Assembly: GCA_023143145.1 (NCBI GenBank)
Contig: JAGLID010000067.1
Span: 1 to 41,371 of the forward strand
Source: Minisyncoccota bacterium
GTDB taxonomy: Bacteria; Patescibacteriota; Minisyncoccia; JAHIHE01; JAGLIN01
Direction: 5' to 3'
DNA length: 41,371 bases
Under the pieces are notes generated by a model that had not been told where the DNA came from, made no database searches, and saw only the letters and a program-made list of their open reading frames with translations. The first letter of the stretch is position 1, and each line of letters begins with the position of its first letter. Shown piece by piece: positions 7,689-16,759 of the stretch. The position numbers and the translations under genes are program-made.

Positions 7689-9341
7689 TTATAATTTTAA
7701 GTGTTTTGTCATATATTCATCCTCAAGTTTATATCCTAATTTTCGATAATAGCCACGTACGCCAACACCGCTGATGACGGCGATTTTTTTTAGGCTAAAT
7801 TCTTTATGGGTTATTTTTTCTGCTTCTTGAATTAATCTTTTACCGAGGCCAGTGTGTTGGGTATGTTTTTCGCCGATTGACTTGATAGGGGCTAAAGTTC
7901 CATAAGTGTGAATTTCACGGATAATACTGGCATTTTGGAGGGCGGGGATGATTGAATTTTTGCATTCTGAAGAGTGAACTCCAGTTCTGTTAATCCTTAA
8001 CCTTAATAAAGAACAGAGATGCTGTCTTTTTTTATCTTCAAAACTCAGAAAGATTTCTTTGCCGTTCGATGCTTCGTAGTCTTGTCGAAATAGTTGTAAA
8101 TTATTATTACTTGAGTTTTCAATCCCCCAATCTTTCTTATCAGGGAGGAAGATTCGATTTCTAATCTCACGACATCTGATACATTTGCATTTCCAATTTT
8201 CTTCTTTAGATTTTTTTTCAAGAGTTTGTCTGAGATTGGAAATTTTGTTTCCAGCTACAATGCTAGTTGAAGGGATGTCGCGAATTAGGCGAGTGATGCG
8301 AACATAATAGGGAATATCTTTTTTGATTTCACAAAGTAGCTGAATCAGTTTTTTATCAGAATATGGTTTATATTTTCCACTTTTCCACCACTTGAAAATT
8401 TTTGCATCTTTGACAACAACACACGGATAAATTTTAAGCATATCAGGTTGATAGTTCAAATTGGAAAAAAGTTCCTGAAACATTTTCAAATCTCGTTTAT
8501 AATTTGACCCTGGAAGATTTGGCATCATATGATAGTTGATTTTGAAACCCGCTTCTTTCAGTAATCTTGTTGCCGTGATAACCTCTTTACTGCTATGTCC
8601 TCGAGCATTCAGTTTGAATACATCATCGTAAATTGTTTGTACTCCAATCTCAACTCTTGTGGCTCCCAGTTTTCTCATGCGTAATATTTCTTTCTCATCA
8701 ATATAATCAGGACGAGTTTCCAGTGTGAGCCCAACAATTCTGTGATCTGAGGTTTCATTTTCTTTTTGTAGACTTTCAAGTGATAAATTTTTTGATTTAT
8801 TTTTTTTGTTAAACTCATTACAGACCTTGAAACATTCCTTGATAAACCAGTTTTGATAGTTTTTCGGTAAATAGGAAAAAGTTCCTCCCATCACAATCAA
8901 TTCAATTTTATCTGTTTTATGGCCGGTCGCCATCAGAGATTTAATTCTCGCTTCCACTTGTTTGCGGGGATGAAAATCAGTAAGCACAGCGCGCATTACA
9001 GCTGGTTCGTTGGAAAGATAACTTTTAGGCATATTTTTTTCACTTGGACAAAATTTACATTTCCCAGGACATGGATATGGTTTGGTTAAAACTGCAATTA
9101 CAGCAACGCCTGATGAGGTACGAATATTTTTGGTCATTAAAACATTTTCAATTTCTTTTAGCGAATCATCTTTTGTCATTTTTCGATAAAATTGAAGTAG
9201 CTCGATATTCGTTGGACATGGCATTTTGAATTCTTTTGAGGCCCTTCTTTTGAGCTTGGAAAGATATTCCGAAGAAAGCTGTCTTTTTCTGACAGAAACT
9301 TTTTTAATTAGTTCGTTGATAATATATTGGTTGATGTTCAT
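7689..9341 (-). CDS. elp3: Elp3-type radical SAM / GNAT acetyltransferase (tRNA U34 cm5 modification enzyme homologue)
   Basis: 550 aa with radical-SAM CxxxCxxC (CPGKCKFCP) and TIM-barrel motifs IVMGGTFS and ATRVEIGVQTIYDDV. The C-terminal GNAT acetyl-CoA loop is HTGLGKRLIQEAE. Confidence 0.85.
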   Translation of the reverse strand: MNINQYIINELIKKVSVRKRQLSSEYLSKLKRRASKEFKMPCPTNIELLQFYRKMTKDDSLKEIENVLMTKNIRTSSGVAVIAVLTKPYPCPGKCKFCPSEKNMPKSYLSNEPAVMRAVLTDFHPRKQVEARIKSLMATGHKTDKIELIVMGGTFSYLPKNYQNWFIKECFKVCNEFNKKNKSKNLSLESLQKENETSDHRIVGLTLETRPDYIDEKEILRMRKLGATRVEIGVQTIYDDVFKLNARGHSSKEVITATRLLKEAGFKINYHMMPNLPGSNYKRDLKMFQELFSNLNYQPDMLKIYPCVVVKDAKIFKWWKSGKYKPYSDKKLIQLLCEIKKDIPYYVRITRLIRDIPSTSIVAGNKISNLRQTLEKKSKEENWKCKCIRCREIRNRIFLPDKKDWGIENSSNNNLQLFRQDYEASNGKEIFLSFEDKKRQHLCSLLRLRINRTGVHSSECKNSIIPALQNASIIREIHTYGTLAPIKSIGEKHTQHTGLGKRLIQEAEKITHKEFSLKKIAVISGVGVRGYYRKLGYKLEDEYMTKHLKL

Positions 9342-9488
9342 TGTATTTCAATGTGTTTAGCTTATTAATTATAATGTGATAAAGTGATTTTATCAAGCTG
9401 AATTATCATTAGTTTGGAAGAGTATATAATGTCCTGTATAATAATAGTAGCATAAAACAGATATATTAATTATTAGATTCTATAAATT

Positions 9489-10511
9489 ATGGAACCAGAT
9501 CTTGATTGGAAAAATTTGTCGTTTGAGTATATCAAAACTAATTGCAATATTAGATATCAATTTGCAAATGGAGCTTGGGGGGAAATGCAGAAATCAGTTT
9601 CAGATCATATTGATATGCATATGGCGGCAACTTGCTTGCATTATGGACAAGAGTGTTTTGAAGGGCTGAAAGCTTTTAGGGGTAAAGATGAGAAAGTCAG
9701 AATATTTCGTTGGCAGAAAAATGCCAAGAGAATTAATGATTCTGCCAAAGAAATATTTATGCCAGAAATACCTGAGGAGATTTTTCAAGAAGCGGTTTTG
9801 AATGCTGTGAAGTTAAACCATGAATTTGTTCCGCCTTATGAGTCGGGTGCCTCATTATATATTCGTCCTCTGTTAATCGGAACGGGTCCGAGAGTGGGAC
9901 TGAATCCAGCTGATGAATATATATTTATTGTCTTTGTAAATCCTGTTGGACCATATTTCAAAAATGGTTTCAAACCGATTAGTCTTTTGATTGACAGAGG
10001 GCATGATCGTGCCGCACCACTTGGAGTGGGTCATGTGAAAGTTGGTGGAAACTATGCGGCGAGTTTACAATCTATGGAAAAAGCACATAAGGGTGGCTGT
10101 GACTCAGTTTTGTTTTTGGATCCAGGGGAGAAAAAATATATTGATGAATGCGGTCCAGCAAACTTTTTTGCGATTAAAGGAAAGATTTATGTTACTCCGA
10201 AATCAAAATCTATCTTGCCTTCAATCACAAATAAAAGCTTGATGACACTTGCCGAAGATATGGGTTTGAAAGTGGAAAGAAGAAAAATTGAGCTCGGGGA
10301 GTTAGATGAATTCGATGAAGTTGGTGCTTGTGGTACGGCGGCTGTGATTGGGCCTGTTGGAAAAATTGTCGATGAGAAAACGGGCAAAACATATCGATAT
10401 TGCCAAGATGGAAATCCAGGGCCAATTTCGACACAATTGTACAATCGATTTCGTGCAATTCAACTTGGGGACGAGGAAGATAATTTTGAGTGGGTGACTG
10501 TGGTCGATTGA
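9489..10511 (+). CDS. ilvE: branched-chain amino acid aminotransferase (fold type IV PLP)
   Basis: ECFEGLKAFR, LYIRPLLIGTG, the catalytic Lys region VKVGGNYAAS, and GACGTAAVIGPV. 340 aa. Confidence 0.85.
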   Translation: MEPDLDWKNLSFEYIKTNCNIRYQFANGAWGEMQKSVSDHIDMHMAATCLHYGQECFEGLKAFRGKDEKVRIFRWQKNAKRINDSAKEIFMPEIPEEIFQEAVLNAVKLNHEFVPPYESGASLYIRPLLIGTGPRVGLNPADEYIFIVFVNPVGPYFKNGFKPISLLIDRGHDRAAPLGVGHVKVGGNYAASLQSMEKAHKGGCDSVLFLDPGEKKYIDECGPANFFAIKGKIYVTPKSKSILPSITNKSLMTLAEDMGLKVERRKIELGELDEFDEVGACGTAAVIGPVGKIVDEKTGKTYRYCQDGNPGPISTQLYNRFRAIQLGDEEDNFEWVTVVD

Positions 10512-10551
10512 TTTATGTTTGATTTGCAAGCTTTATCGTTCATAAAAAAAT

Positions 10552-10579
10552 AACTGTAAAAATTATTTTTTCTACAGTT
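10552..10579. terminator. hairpin between convergent ilvE and a small membrane-protein gene
   Basis: AACTGTA-(14 nt)-TACAGTT. The loop is A/T-rich and includes a T-run. It overlaps the stop of the - strand ORF. Confidence 0.35.
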
Positions 10580-10769
10580 AGTTGTGTTTTATGATTTCCT
10601 TTATTCCAAATAATATAGGTAGACAATAGAATATTGTTATAACAAGGAATATTATAATATTTATTCTAGCAGATCTGTTTAACAGTGCTTTTTCTTTCTT
10701 AAAAGAAATCCCAGATATAATGATTCCAATTATTAAATAACATAGCGAACCTAGTATTAAAACATGCAT
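10578..10769 (-). CDS. small membrane protein (2 TM), unknown function
   Basis: 63-aa ORF with two clear hydrophobic helices, sitting in an otherwise unexplained spacer. No family recognised. Confidence 0.4.
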   Translation of the reverse strand: MHVLILGSLCYLIIGIIISGISFKKEKALLNRSARINIIIFLVITIFYCLPILFGIKEIIKHN

Positions 10770-10917
10770 ATAGTTCCTCCAATATTATATTAGATAAAAA
10801 ATAAGTATTAGTCAATTTGGTATATTTTCCAATCTTTCTGATGGATGTGCAACTGTTGTTAATTGTGATAAAATTGTATTAGGAGTGTTTGAGGAGAATA
10901 ATCATTAAGTTAAATAT

Positions 10918-11295
10918 ATGAAAAAGATAATTTTGACAAAAAATGTTCACAAGCCAGTTGGTCAATATTCACAAGCAGTTGAAGCTGGTGGTTTAATTTT
11001 TCTATCGGGTCAAATTCCACTGAAACTAGGAGGAGCCATAGTTGACGGAGATATTAAAGATCAAACAAAGCAGGTACTTGAAAATGTCGGGGAAATTTTG
11101 AAATCAGTTGGTTTAGGTTTTGAGAATGTCGTAAAAACCACAATCTACCTTTCTGATTTAATTGACTATCAAGATATGAATGAAGTTTATGGAAAATATT
11201 TTCAAAAAGATTTTCCTGCTCGGTCAACAATTCAAGTATTTGGACTTCCTAAAGACGTTGGTATTGAAATTGATGTCATTGCAGCGAGGGAATAA
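10918..11295 (+). CDS. ridA: RidA/YjgF-family reactive intermediate deaminase
   Basis: PVGQYSQAVEAGGLIFLSGQIP ... YLSDLIDYQDMNEVY ... PARSTIQVFGLPKDVGIEID. 125 aa. Confidence 0.85.
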   Translation: MKKIILTKNVHKPVGQYSQAVEAGGLIFLSGQIPLKLGGAIVDGDIKDQTKQVLENVGEILKSVGLGFENVVKTTIYLSDLIDYQDMNEVYGKYFQKDFPARSTIQVFGLPKDVGIEIDVIAARE

Positions 11296-11411
11296 GTCGA
11301 TTTTGAGGAATTTATCTGATTGACTTTTTGTGTAAAATATGCTAAACTGTAATTAAGTTTGAAGATATTATAAGGAGTTTATTTATAAATTAAAAAGAAA
11401 GGAATAAAATT

Positions 11412-11720
11412 ATGCCAAATTATGACCAACCAGAAGAAATGTCGATATCACCAGAGACTGGGAATAATAATGAGGATATGGAATTAATATTTACAAAATT
11501 AAAGGAATTAGACGAAAAGGGAGCTTTGACGGAGGATGATGTGAAATGGTTTAATGATACTGATATTAGTAGTGAATTCTGTTCTCTTGAAAAATTGCTT
11601 TACACGGGAAAAGAAGAAGAAGAAGAAGATGATGGTTCTGAAAGGCTTAATACATCAAAACTTCTTCGTAGGAGCGTTACTGAAAAAGTTAGAGGGTGGG
11701 AAAAAGATAATTTAGAATAA
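11412..11720 (+). CDS. acidic hypothetical protein
   Basis: 102-aa ORF preceded by AAAGGA 8 nt upstream, with a plausible TTGACT-17-TAAACT promoter at 11320-11348. It contains a (GAA)5 run encoding EEEEE and is followed by a strong hairpin terminator. Confidence 0.5.
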   Translation: MPNYDQPEEMSISPETGNNNEDMELIFTKLKELDEKGALTEDDVKWFNDTDISSEFCSLEKLLYTGKEEEEEDDGSERLNTSKLLRRSVTEKVRGWEKDNLE

Positions 11721-11760
11721 ATGGCAAATGTTTGTTTAAAAACCTGTGAATTTTTATTAT

Positions 11761-11799
11761 AAAAGCTACTGAAAAATTATTTTTTTTAGTAGTTTTTTT
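11761..11799 (+). terminator. intrinsic terminator
   Basis: Long hairpin AAAAGCTACTGAAAAA-ttat-TTTTTTTAGTAGTTTT followed by a T-run. Confidence 0.6.
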
Positions 11800-11842
11800 A
11801 TGTCTTAAAATATGATATAATAAACCAAAGTTAAGCAACATC

Positions 11843-12205
11843 ATGATAGCAGAATATTTTGTGAATTTGCCGTTGAATTTTGTGAAAGGGATTATAAATT
11901 TCCTTTATATTTGGTATGTTTCAAGTTCACGAGATTTTTGGCATAAGGAGATTGGTTTTGCGAAGGGGATTGAAAATGAAATGGGTGCTTTTATAAACTT
12001 AAAATTATTATTTCAACCAATATACGGAGACTATTCATATATAGGCAGAGTCATTGGACCTATTTTTCGGTTTGGACGAGTTTTGGTTGGTTTTTTTATG
12101 ATGCTAATTTCAATTGTAGTCGTGGTAGTTATATATTTGATATGGATAATTTTACCACCACTTACTTTTTTGATGATTTATTCAAACTTGACTTATATAT
12201 TTTAA
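11843..12205 (+). CDS. membrane protein, unknown function
   Basis: 120 aa with a hydrophobic N-terminus and a C-terminal TM pair (VLVGFFMMLISIVVVVVIYLIWIILPPLTFLMIY). It ends 9 nt before the Clp-like gene and is probably co-transcribed with it. Confidence 0.5.
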   Translation: MIAEYFVNLPLNFVKGIINFLYIWYVSSSRDFWHKEIGFAKGIENEMGAFINLKLLFQPIYGDYSYIGRVIGPIFRFGRVLVGFFMMLISIVVVVVIYLIWIILPPLTFLMIYSNLTYIF

Positions 12206-12214
12206 ATTTTTTCA

Positions 12215-15058
12215 ATGCCTCCTAAAGAAAAAAAGAAAAAAGAAAAAAAACTTAGAACAGAAATTGTTCAGTGTCCTGCTTGCAGTGGGAATAAAGTTAT
12301 TGAAAAGGGCGTTGACTGTCAGTCCTGTCAGGGAAGGGGAGTTTTTTTGCGAGTTGGAACTGATATGGTGTACTATTGGGATAAGAAGGTTCTAGGAATT
12401 TCTCCTTCTGTGCACTCCATTTTCAAAATGTTTTCTAAGGGCATTCGTTTGCTCATTTATTTTTTAGTTCTTGTGACTTCTTTGTACGGTATTTATTTTA
12501 TTGTTGTTAGTAATCCTAAATTTGTTATTAATTTCGAAAAAGGATTAAGATTAATAACAGGATCTGACAGTGAATACGTAGTACAATTATTTCTTGCAAT
12601 ATCTTTGTTTTTTCAACATTTCGTAAAGGCTTTTTTTGTCATATTTGAGGAGAGAGGTTTTGGACCATTGGTGTTCTGGATTGGAGTTTTAGGGTCAATG
12701 TATTGCTATTATTATCTAAAAATCAAAGATGCATCTCGAAAAGTAATAGATTTTTCATCTTCTGATTTCGAAGTGTTTACTAGTAAATATGCAGATAAAA
12801 TAAAAGGTAATGTTGATATTAGTAACTATATCTCTGCCTCTGCTATGGAAATTTTGAAAGAAGCTCTTTGCTTAGCTCACAGTCTTAAGCAAGTTCCATC
12901 TATTTTTCATTTAGCAAAAATAGTTTCACAGAATTCACAAATAGAAGTATTGTTTAAAAGATTGGAAATTGATTCAAAGGAATTTTCAAGATATATTAAC
13001 ATTTTAATTAAAGATGTACCAAAAAATGATTATTATAACCAAGAAGGAATTTTCAATAGTACTGTTATGAGTCCTCAGCTTGAAAAAGTAATTCTTGTGG
13101 CTTTTTATGAAACTGTAATTATGGGGATGGAGAAAATCCATACGGAAAGTTTTTTTCTGACATTTTTTGGCGACGACAGTTTGAGCAAATATTTTAAAGA
13201 TTTGAATATAGAAGTTGAAGATGCTAGAAAAACTGTTCTTTGGGTTAATAGTTGGGCGAATACAAGAGTGAGGCTTGACCGTCCGCGAAAAATTAGCCAT
13301 TCAGTGATGAATAAGGCTTGGACAGCAAGAGTTACGCCAGAGCTTGATAGTTTTACGTATGATCTTACAGATCAGGCAAGATCTGGTATGATGGGCAATA
13401 TAGTGGATAGAGAAAAAGAACTTGACAACTTGATGAGAATTCTTGAAAGAACAAGTAAAAACAATGCCCTGTTAATTGGGGAAGAAGGTAGTGGAAGATC
13501 AACTATAGTGAAAAAGCTGGCAAATAGAATGGTGAAAGACCAAGTTTTGCCAACATTACGAGACAAGCGTTTGGTTGTTTTGGATGTGGGCTCTTTGGTT
13601 TCTGGAGCGGGCGTCGGAGGCAATTTTGAAGGGAGAATCAGGGCAATGATTGACGATATGGGAAAGAGTGGTAATATAATATTGTTCATTCCAAATATAC
13701 ATGACATTTCTGCGGCTGGAAGTGGGGGAGGTTTTGATGCTTCAAAGGTTTTGTCTCCAATTTTTTCTCAAGGAATTTTTCAGGTAATTGGTTCAACTGA
13801 TTATCGGAATTATCATCGATATATTGAACCTCGAGCTGATTTTGCAAATAGTTTTGATTTTGTAAAAGTGGAGGAAATGGACGAAAATCAAGCAATTGAA
13901 GTTTTGGCAGTGCGGGCAAAAATTATTGAAGCTAGGGAAGGAATTGTTATGACTTATGGGGCAATTAAATCAGCAGTTGAACTCTCTAAGAGATATATAA
14001 CTAACAGAATTTTACCAGGAAAGGCAATCGATCTTCTGAGTGAAACAGCTGTAGAAGTGCGAAGAAGAGGATCAGGTTCTGTTCTGCGAGATCAAGATAT
14101 TATGGAAGTTATTACTGAAAAAACTGGAATACCACTAACAAATATAAATTCTAATGAAGCGGAAAAACTCATGGATTTGGAGGAAAATTTGCATCAAAGA
14201 GTTATTGGTCAAAAAGATGCCGTAAAGGCAATTGCATCATCAATCCGGAGGGTTCGAGTTGGTATGAAAAACGAAAATCGTCCCATAGGAACATTTTTAT
14301 TTTTGGGTCCTACAGGAGTCGGTAAGACGGAGCTTGCTAAGGCATTAGCAGAAGCATATTTTGGCGATGAGGATGCAATGATAAGAGTTGACATGAGCGA
14401 ATATCAAACACTTGACAGTGTCGAAAAACTGATTGGATCATCAAGTGACTTGTCAGATTCTTCTATGGGTGGGGTTTTGACTGAGGCCGTGAAAAGAAAA
14501 CCTTTTTCTTTGGTTCTTTTGGATGAATTAGAAAAAGCAGATAAGAATGTGTTTAATATCTTTTTGCAAGTTTTTGATGATGGAAGATTGACTGATAATC
14601 TCGGTAGAACTGTTGATTTCACAAATACAATTATCATTGCAACTTCAAATGCAGGTTCAAAAGTTATTAGCAAGATTGTTGTTGATGAAGATAATAGTAA
14701 TGAAAGAATACTCCAGATGCTTGAACCATATCTTTTGCAAAGCTTTGCCCCTGAATTTTTAAATCGTTTCACAGCTCGAATTGTTTTTAGGTCATTGAGT
14801 CAAAAGGATGTGATGGCAATTACCAAGCTTCAAATTAAGAATTTAGCAAAAAGAATGGACAAGGCTCAGGGAATTAAGATTAAAATCTCTGGTGGAGCAT
14901 TGAAAATTATAGCGGAGCTTGGATATAGTGCTGAATATGGAGCAAGATTTTTGCAAAGAACAATTCAAGAAAAAGTAGAAAATTTGATTGCTACAAAATT
15001 TTTGAAAGGGGAGATAAAAAGGGGAGATGTCTTTGAGATTAAAAAAGAAGACTTATAG
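12215..15058 (+). CDS. atypical membrane-anchored Clp/Hsp100-family AAA+ protein with an N-terminal DnaJ-type zinc finger
   Basis: 947 aa. The N-terminus has CPACSGNK ... CQSCQGRG (CxxCxGxG x2), followed by hydrophobic helices and two AAA+ modules. D1 is degenerate (GEEGSGRS and ILFIPNIH, versus the canonical GEPGVGKT and ILFIDELH). D2 is canonical (GPTGVGKT, LVLLDELEKA, ATSNAG, GARFLQR). Confidence 0.8.
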   Translation: MPPKEKKKKEKKLRTEIVQCPACSGNKVIEKGVDCQSCQGRGVFLRVGTDMVYYWDKKVLGISPSVHSIFKMFSKGIRLLIYFLVLVTSLYGIYFIVVSNPKFVINFEKGLRLITGSDSEYVVQLFLAISLFFQHFVKAFFVIFEERGFGPLVFWIGVLGSMYCYYYLKIKDASRKVIDFSSSDFEVFTSKYADKIKGNVDISNYISASAMEILKEALCLAHSLKQVPSIFHLAKIVSQNSQIEVLFKRLEIDSKEFSRYINILIKDVPKNDYYNQEGIFNSTVMSPQLEKVILVAFYETVIMGMEKIHTESFFLTFFGDDSLSKYFKDLNIEVEDARKTVLWVNSWANTRVRLDRPRKISHSVMNKAWTARVTPELDSFTYDLTDQARSGMMGNIVDREKELDNLMRILERTSKNNALLIGEEGSGRSTIVKKLANRMVKDQVLPTLRDKRLVVLDVGSLVSGAGVGGNFEGRIRAMIDDMGKSGNIILFIPNIHDISAAGSGGGFDASKVLSPIFSQGIFQVIGSTDYRNYHRYIEPRADFANSFDFVKVEEMDENQAIEVLAVRAKIIEAREGIVMTYGAIKSAVELSKRYITNRILPGKAIDLLSETAVEVRRRGSGSVLRDQDIMEVITEKTGIPLTNINSNEAEKLMDLEENLHQRVIGQKDAVKAIASSIRRVRVGMKNENRPIGTFLFLGPTGVGKTELAKALAEAYFGDEDAMIRVDMSEYQTLDSVEKLIGSSSDLSDSSMGGVLTEAVKRKPFSLVLLDELEKADKNVFNIFLQVFDDGRLTDNLGRTVDFTNTIIIATSNAGSKVISKIVVDEDNSNERILQMLEPYLLQSFAPEFLNRFTARIVFRSLSQKDVMAITKLQIKNLAKRMDKAQGIKIKISGGALKIIAELGYSAEYGARFLQRTIQEKVENLIATKFLKGEIKRGDVFEIKKEDL

Positions 15059-15421
15059 ATTAAATTAAACCTGTTAAGTGAAATATATGAGATTAAAAAA
15101 AGAAGGTGAGGGAGTATTTGAAATATTTTTAAATATTTTTATGCCAATTTGGCTACCAATTCGTGCTATTCAAATGATGTTAAAGGAGATTAAAGATGAG
15201 AAAAGAAAGAGAGAAGAGATGGAGAAATAAAATTTTAGTAGTATTAATGTTTCTGATTAAAACTATGAGCAAAGTGTTGATTTATAAAAAATAACTTTTT
15301 TTAAAAAAGAATACTGTTAATAATGTTTTGAGAAATGAAAGATTATAAGTAATTTATATTTCCTAAATGAAATTATTAAAATATATTGTAATGTCTTGAA
15401 TAATTCTGAATTAATTTCAGA

Positions 15422-16090
15422 ATGGCAATTTTATCAATTAACAAAAAAACTATGGGAAGAAAGCAAAAGCTTAAACTTCAACGAAGAATTGAAGAAAAAA
15501 ATGAATTTGTAACGAAGAAGGAAAATAATAAAAAATTAATAATAAGTGTTGTTTTTTTAGTTTTATTTGTTTTAGTCATTTGGCAAATCGGTATTGCTGT
15601 AAAAAAAGATCAGAACATAGAGCAGCTTAATAGTTCTATTGAAAATAAAATTGCGGTGATTGAAACTAATAAAGGCAATATAAAAATAGAATTGTTTACA
15701 AACGATGCACCAAAAACTGTGGAAAATTTTGTAAAACTGGCAAGCGAAAATTTTTATGATGGAATTAAATTTCATCGGGTGATTTCAGATTTTATGATTC
15801 AAACAGGAGATCCACTGAGCAAGGATGACAATCCAGCAAATGACGGAACTGGTGGTCCTGGATATTCTTTTGAAGACGAAATAAACTCTCACAAAGTTGA
15901 AGTTGGATCTTTGGCGATGGCAAATTCAGGTCCAGACACGAATGGAAGTCAGTTTTTTATTGTTACGGAAAAAGCCCAACCACATCTTGATGGAAAACAT
16001 ACTGTTTTTGGAAAAATACTTGAAGGCATGGATGTTGTAACAAGTATTGAACAGGGAGATGTGATGAATAAGGTTTATTTTGTAAAGTAA
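15422..16090 (+). CDS. cyclophilin-type peptidyl-prolyl cis-trans isomerase with an N-terminal membrane anchor
   Basis: [35 protein letters not shown] and [14 protein letters not shown]. The N-terminal TM is [22 protein letters not shown]. The start could instead be the in-frame Met 11. Confidence 0.85.
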   Translation: MAILSINKKTMGRKQKLKLQRRIEEKNEFVTKKENNKKLIISVVFLVLFVLVIWQIGIAVKKDQNIEQLNSSIENKIAVIETNKGNIKIELFTNDAPKTVENFVKLASENFYDGIKFHRVISDFMIQTGDPLSKDDNPANDGTGGPGYSFEDEINSHKVEVGSLAMANSGPDTNGSQFFIVTEKAQPHLDGKHTVFGKILEGMDVVTSIEQGDVMNKVYFVK

Positions 16091-16131
16091 ATGAATTATT
16101 TTGTTCCTGTTTGATAAATTATTGCTAAATT

Positions 16132-16163
16132 GTCATTCATCCATAATTTTAGAATGACTTTTT
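16132..16163 (+). terminator. intrinsic terminator
   Basis: GTCATTC-(13 nt)-GAATGAC followed by TTTTT, 42 nt after the PPIase stop. Confidence 0.6.
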
Positions 16164-16205
16164 GAAGCAACGGATTTAAATATTAAAAAATAATAAATTA
16201 AAAAA

Positions 16206-16742
16206 ATGATAGATTTCGCGTTGATATTTTTAAGTAGTTTTCTTTTAGTTGGTGTGGTAATATTTATTCACGGTTTTCCCGCAATGATTGCCGTGGGACC
16301 AATTCCGACATCGAAAAAGGGAATAGATCGTGCCGTGGCTCTTGCTGACATTCAGTCTGGTGAAAAATTCTATGAGCTTGGTTGCTCTGAAGGTCGCGTT
16401 TTAGTTAGAACTGTCGAAAAATATGATTGTTTTGGAGTTGGATATGAACTTGTTTTCCCTTATTTTCTTTTGGCAAAATTACGAGCCAAGTTATCAAAAA
16501 AATCAAAGAATATTGATGTAAGGTGTCAAAATTTTTTTAAGGCAGATTTCAGTGAGGCAGATGTTATTTTTTGTTTTTTAACTCCTGGGTTAATGCAAAA
16601 GTTAGGAAAATATTTTCAAGAGCAGAAATTAAAGAAGGACGTTAGAATAATTTCTTACGCATTTAAAATTAGGAACCTAGAACCTGAGAAAGTAATCAAA
16701 CACAGTAAAGGAAATTGGAATATTTATTTGTATCGTTTATAA
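16206..16742 (+). CDS. membrane-anchored class I SAM-dependent methyltransferase
   Basis: N-terminal TM, then motif I-like FYELGCSEGRVLV and ADVIFCFLTPG. 178 aa. Confidence 0.6.
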   Translation: MIDFALIFLSSFLLVGVVIFIHGFPAMIAVGPIPTSKKGIDRAVALADIQSGEKFYELGCSEGRVLVRTVEKYDCFGVGYELVFPYFLLAKLRAKLSKKSKNIDVRCQNFFKADFSEADVIFCFLTPGLMQKLGKYFQEQKLKKDVRIISYAFKIRNLEPEKVIKHSKGNWNIYLYRL

Positions 16743-16759
16743 ATTCAGTTTAATAAAGT

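Noticed and set aside
15035-15230. 47-aa ORF (15087..15230, MRLKKEGEGVFEIFLNIFMPIWLPIRAIQMMLKEIKDEKRKREEMEK). Its first 17 nt (GAGATTAAAAAAAGAAG) nearly repeat the last codons of the Clp-like gene (GAGATTAAAAAAGAAG at 15035-15050).
   Set aside because: There is no SD and no recognisable family. The repeat is short and A-rich, so it could be chance. I cannot support it as a gene from sequence alone.
15404-15422. TTCTGAA-ttaat-TTCAGAA hairpin abutting the cyclophilin start codon. Similar A/T-only palindromes occur after the SpoU gene (about 3925-3940), at 6032-6050 and after secA (about 39683-39703).
   Set aside because: The stems are short and almost purely A/T, with marginal stability. They may act as weak terminators or be chance, so they are not reported as features.
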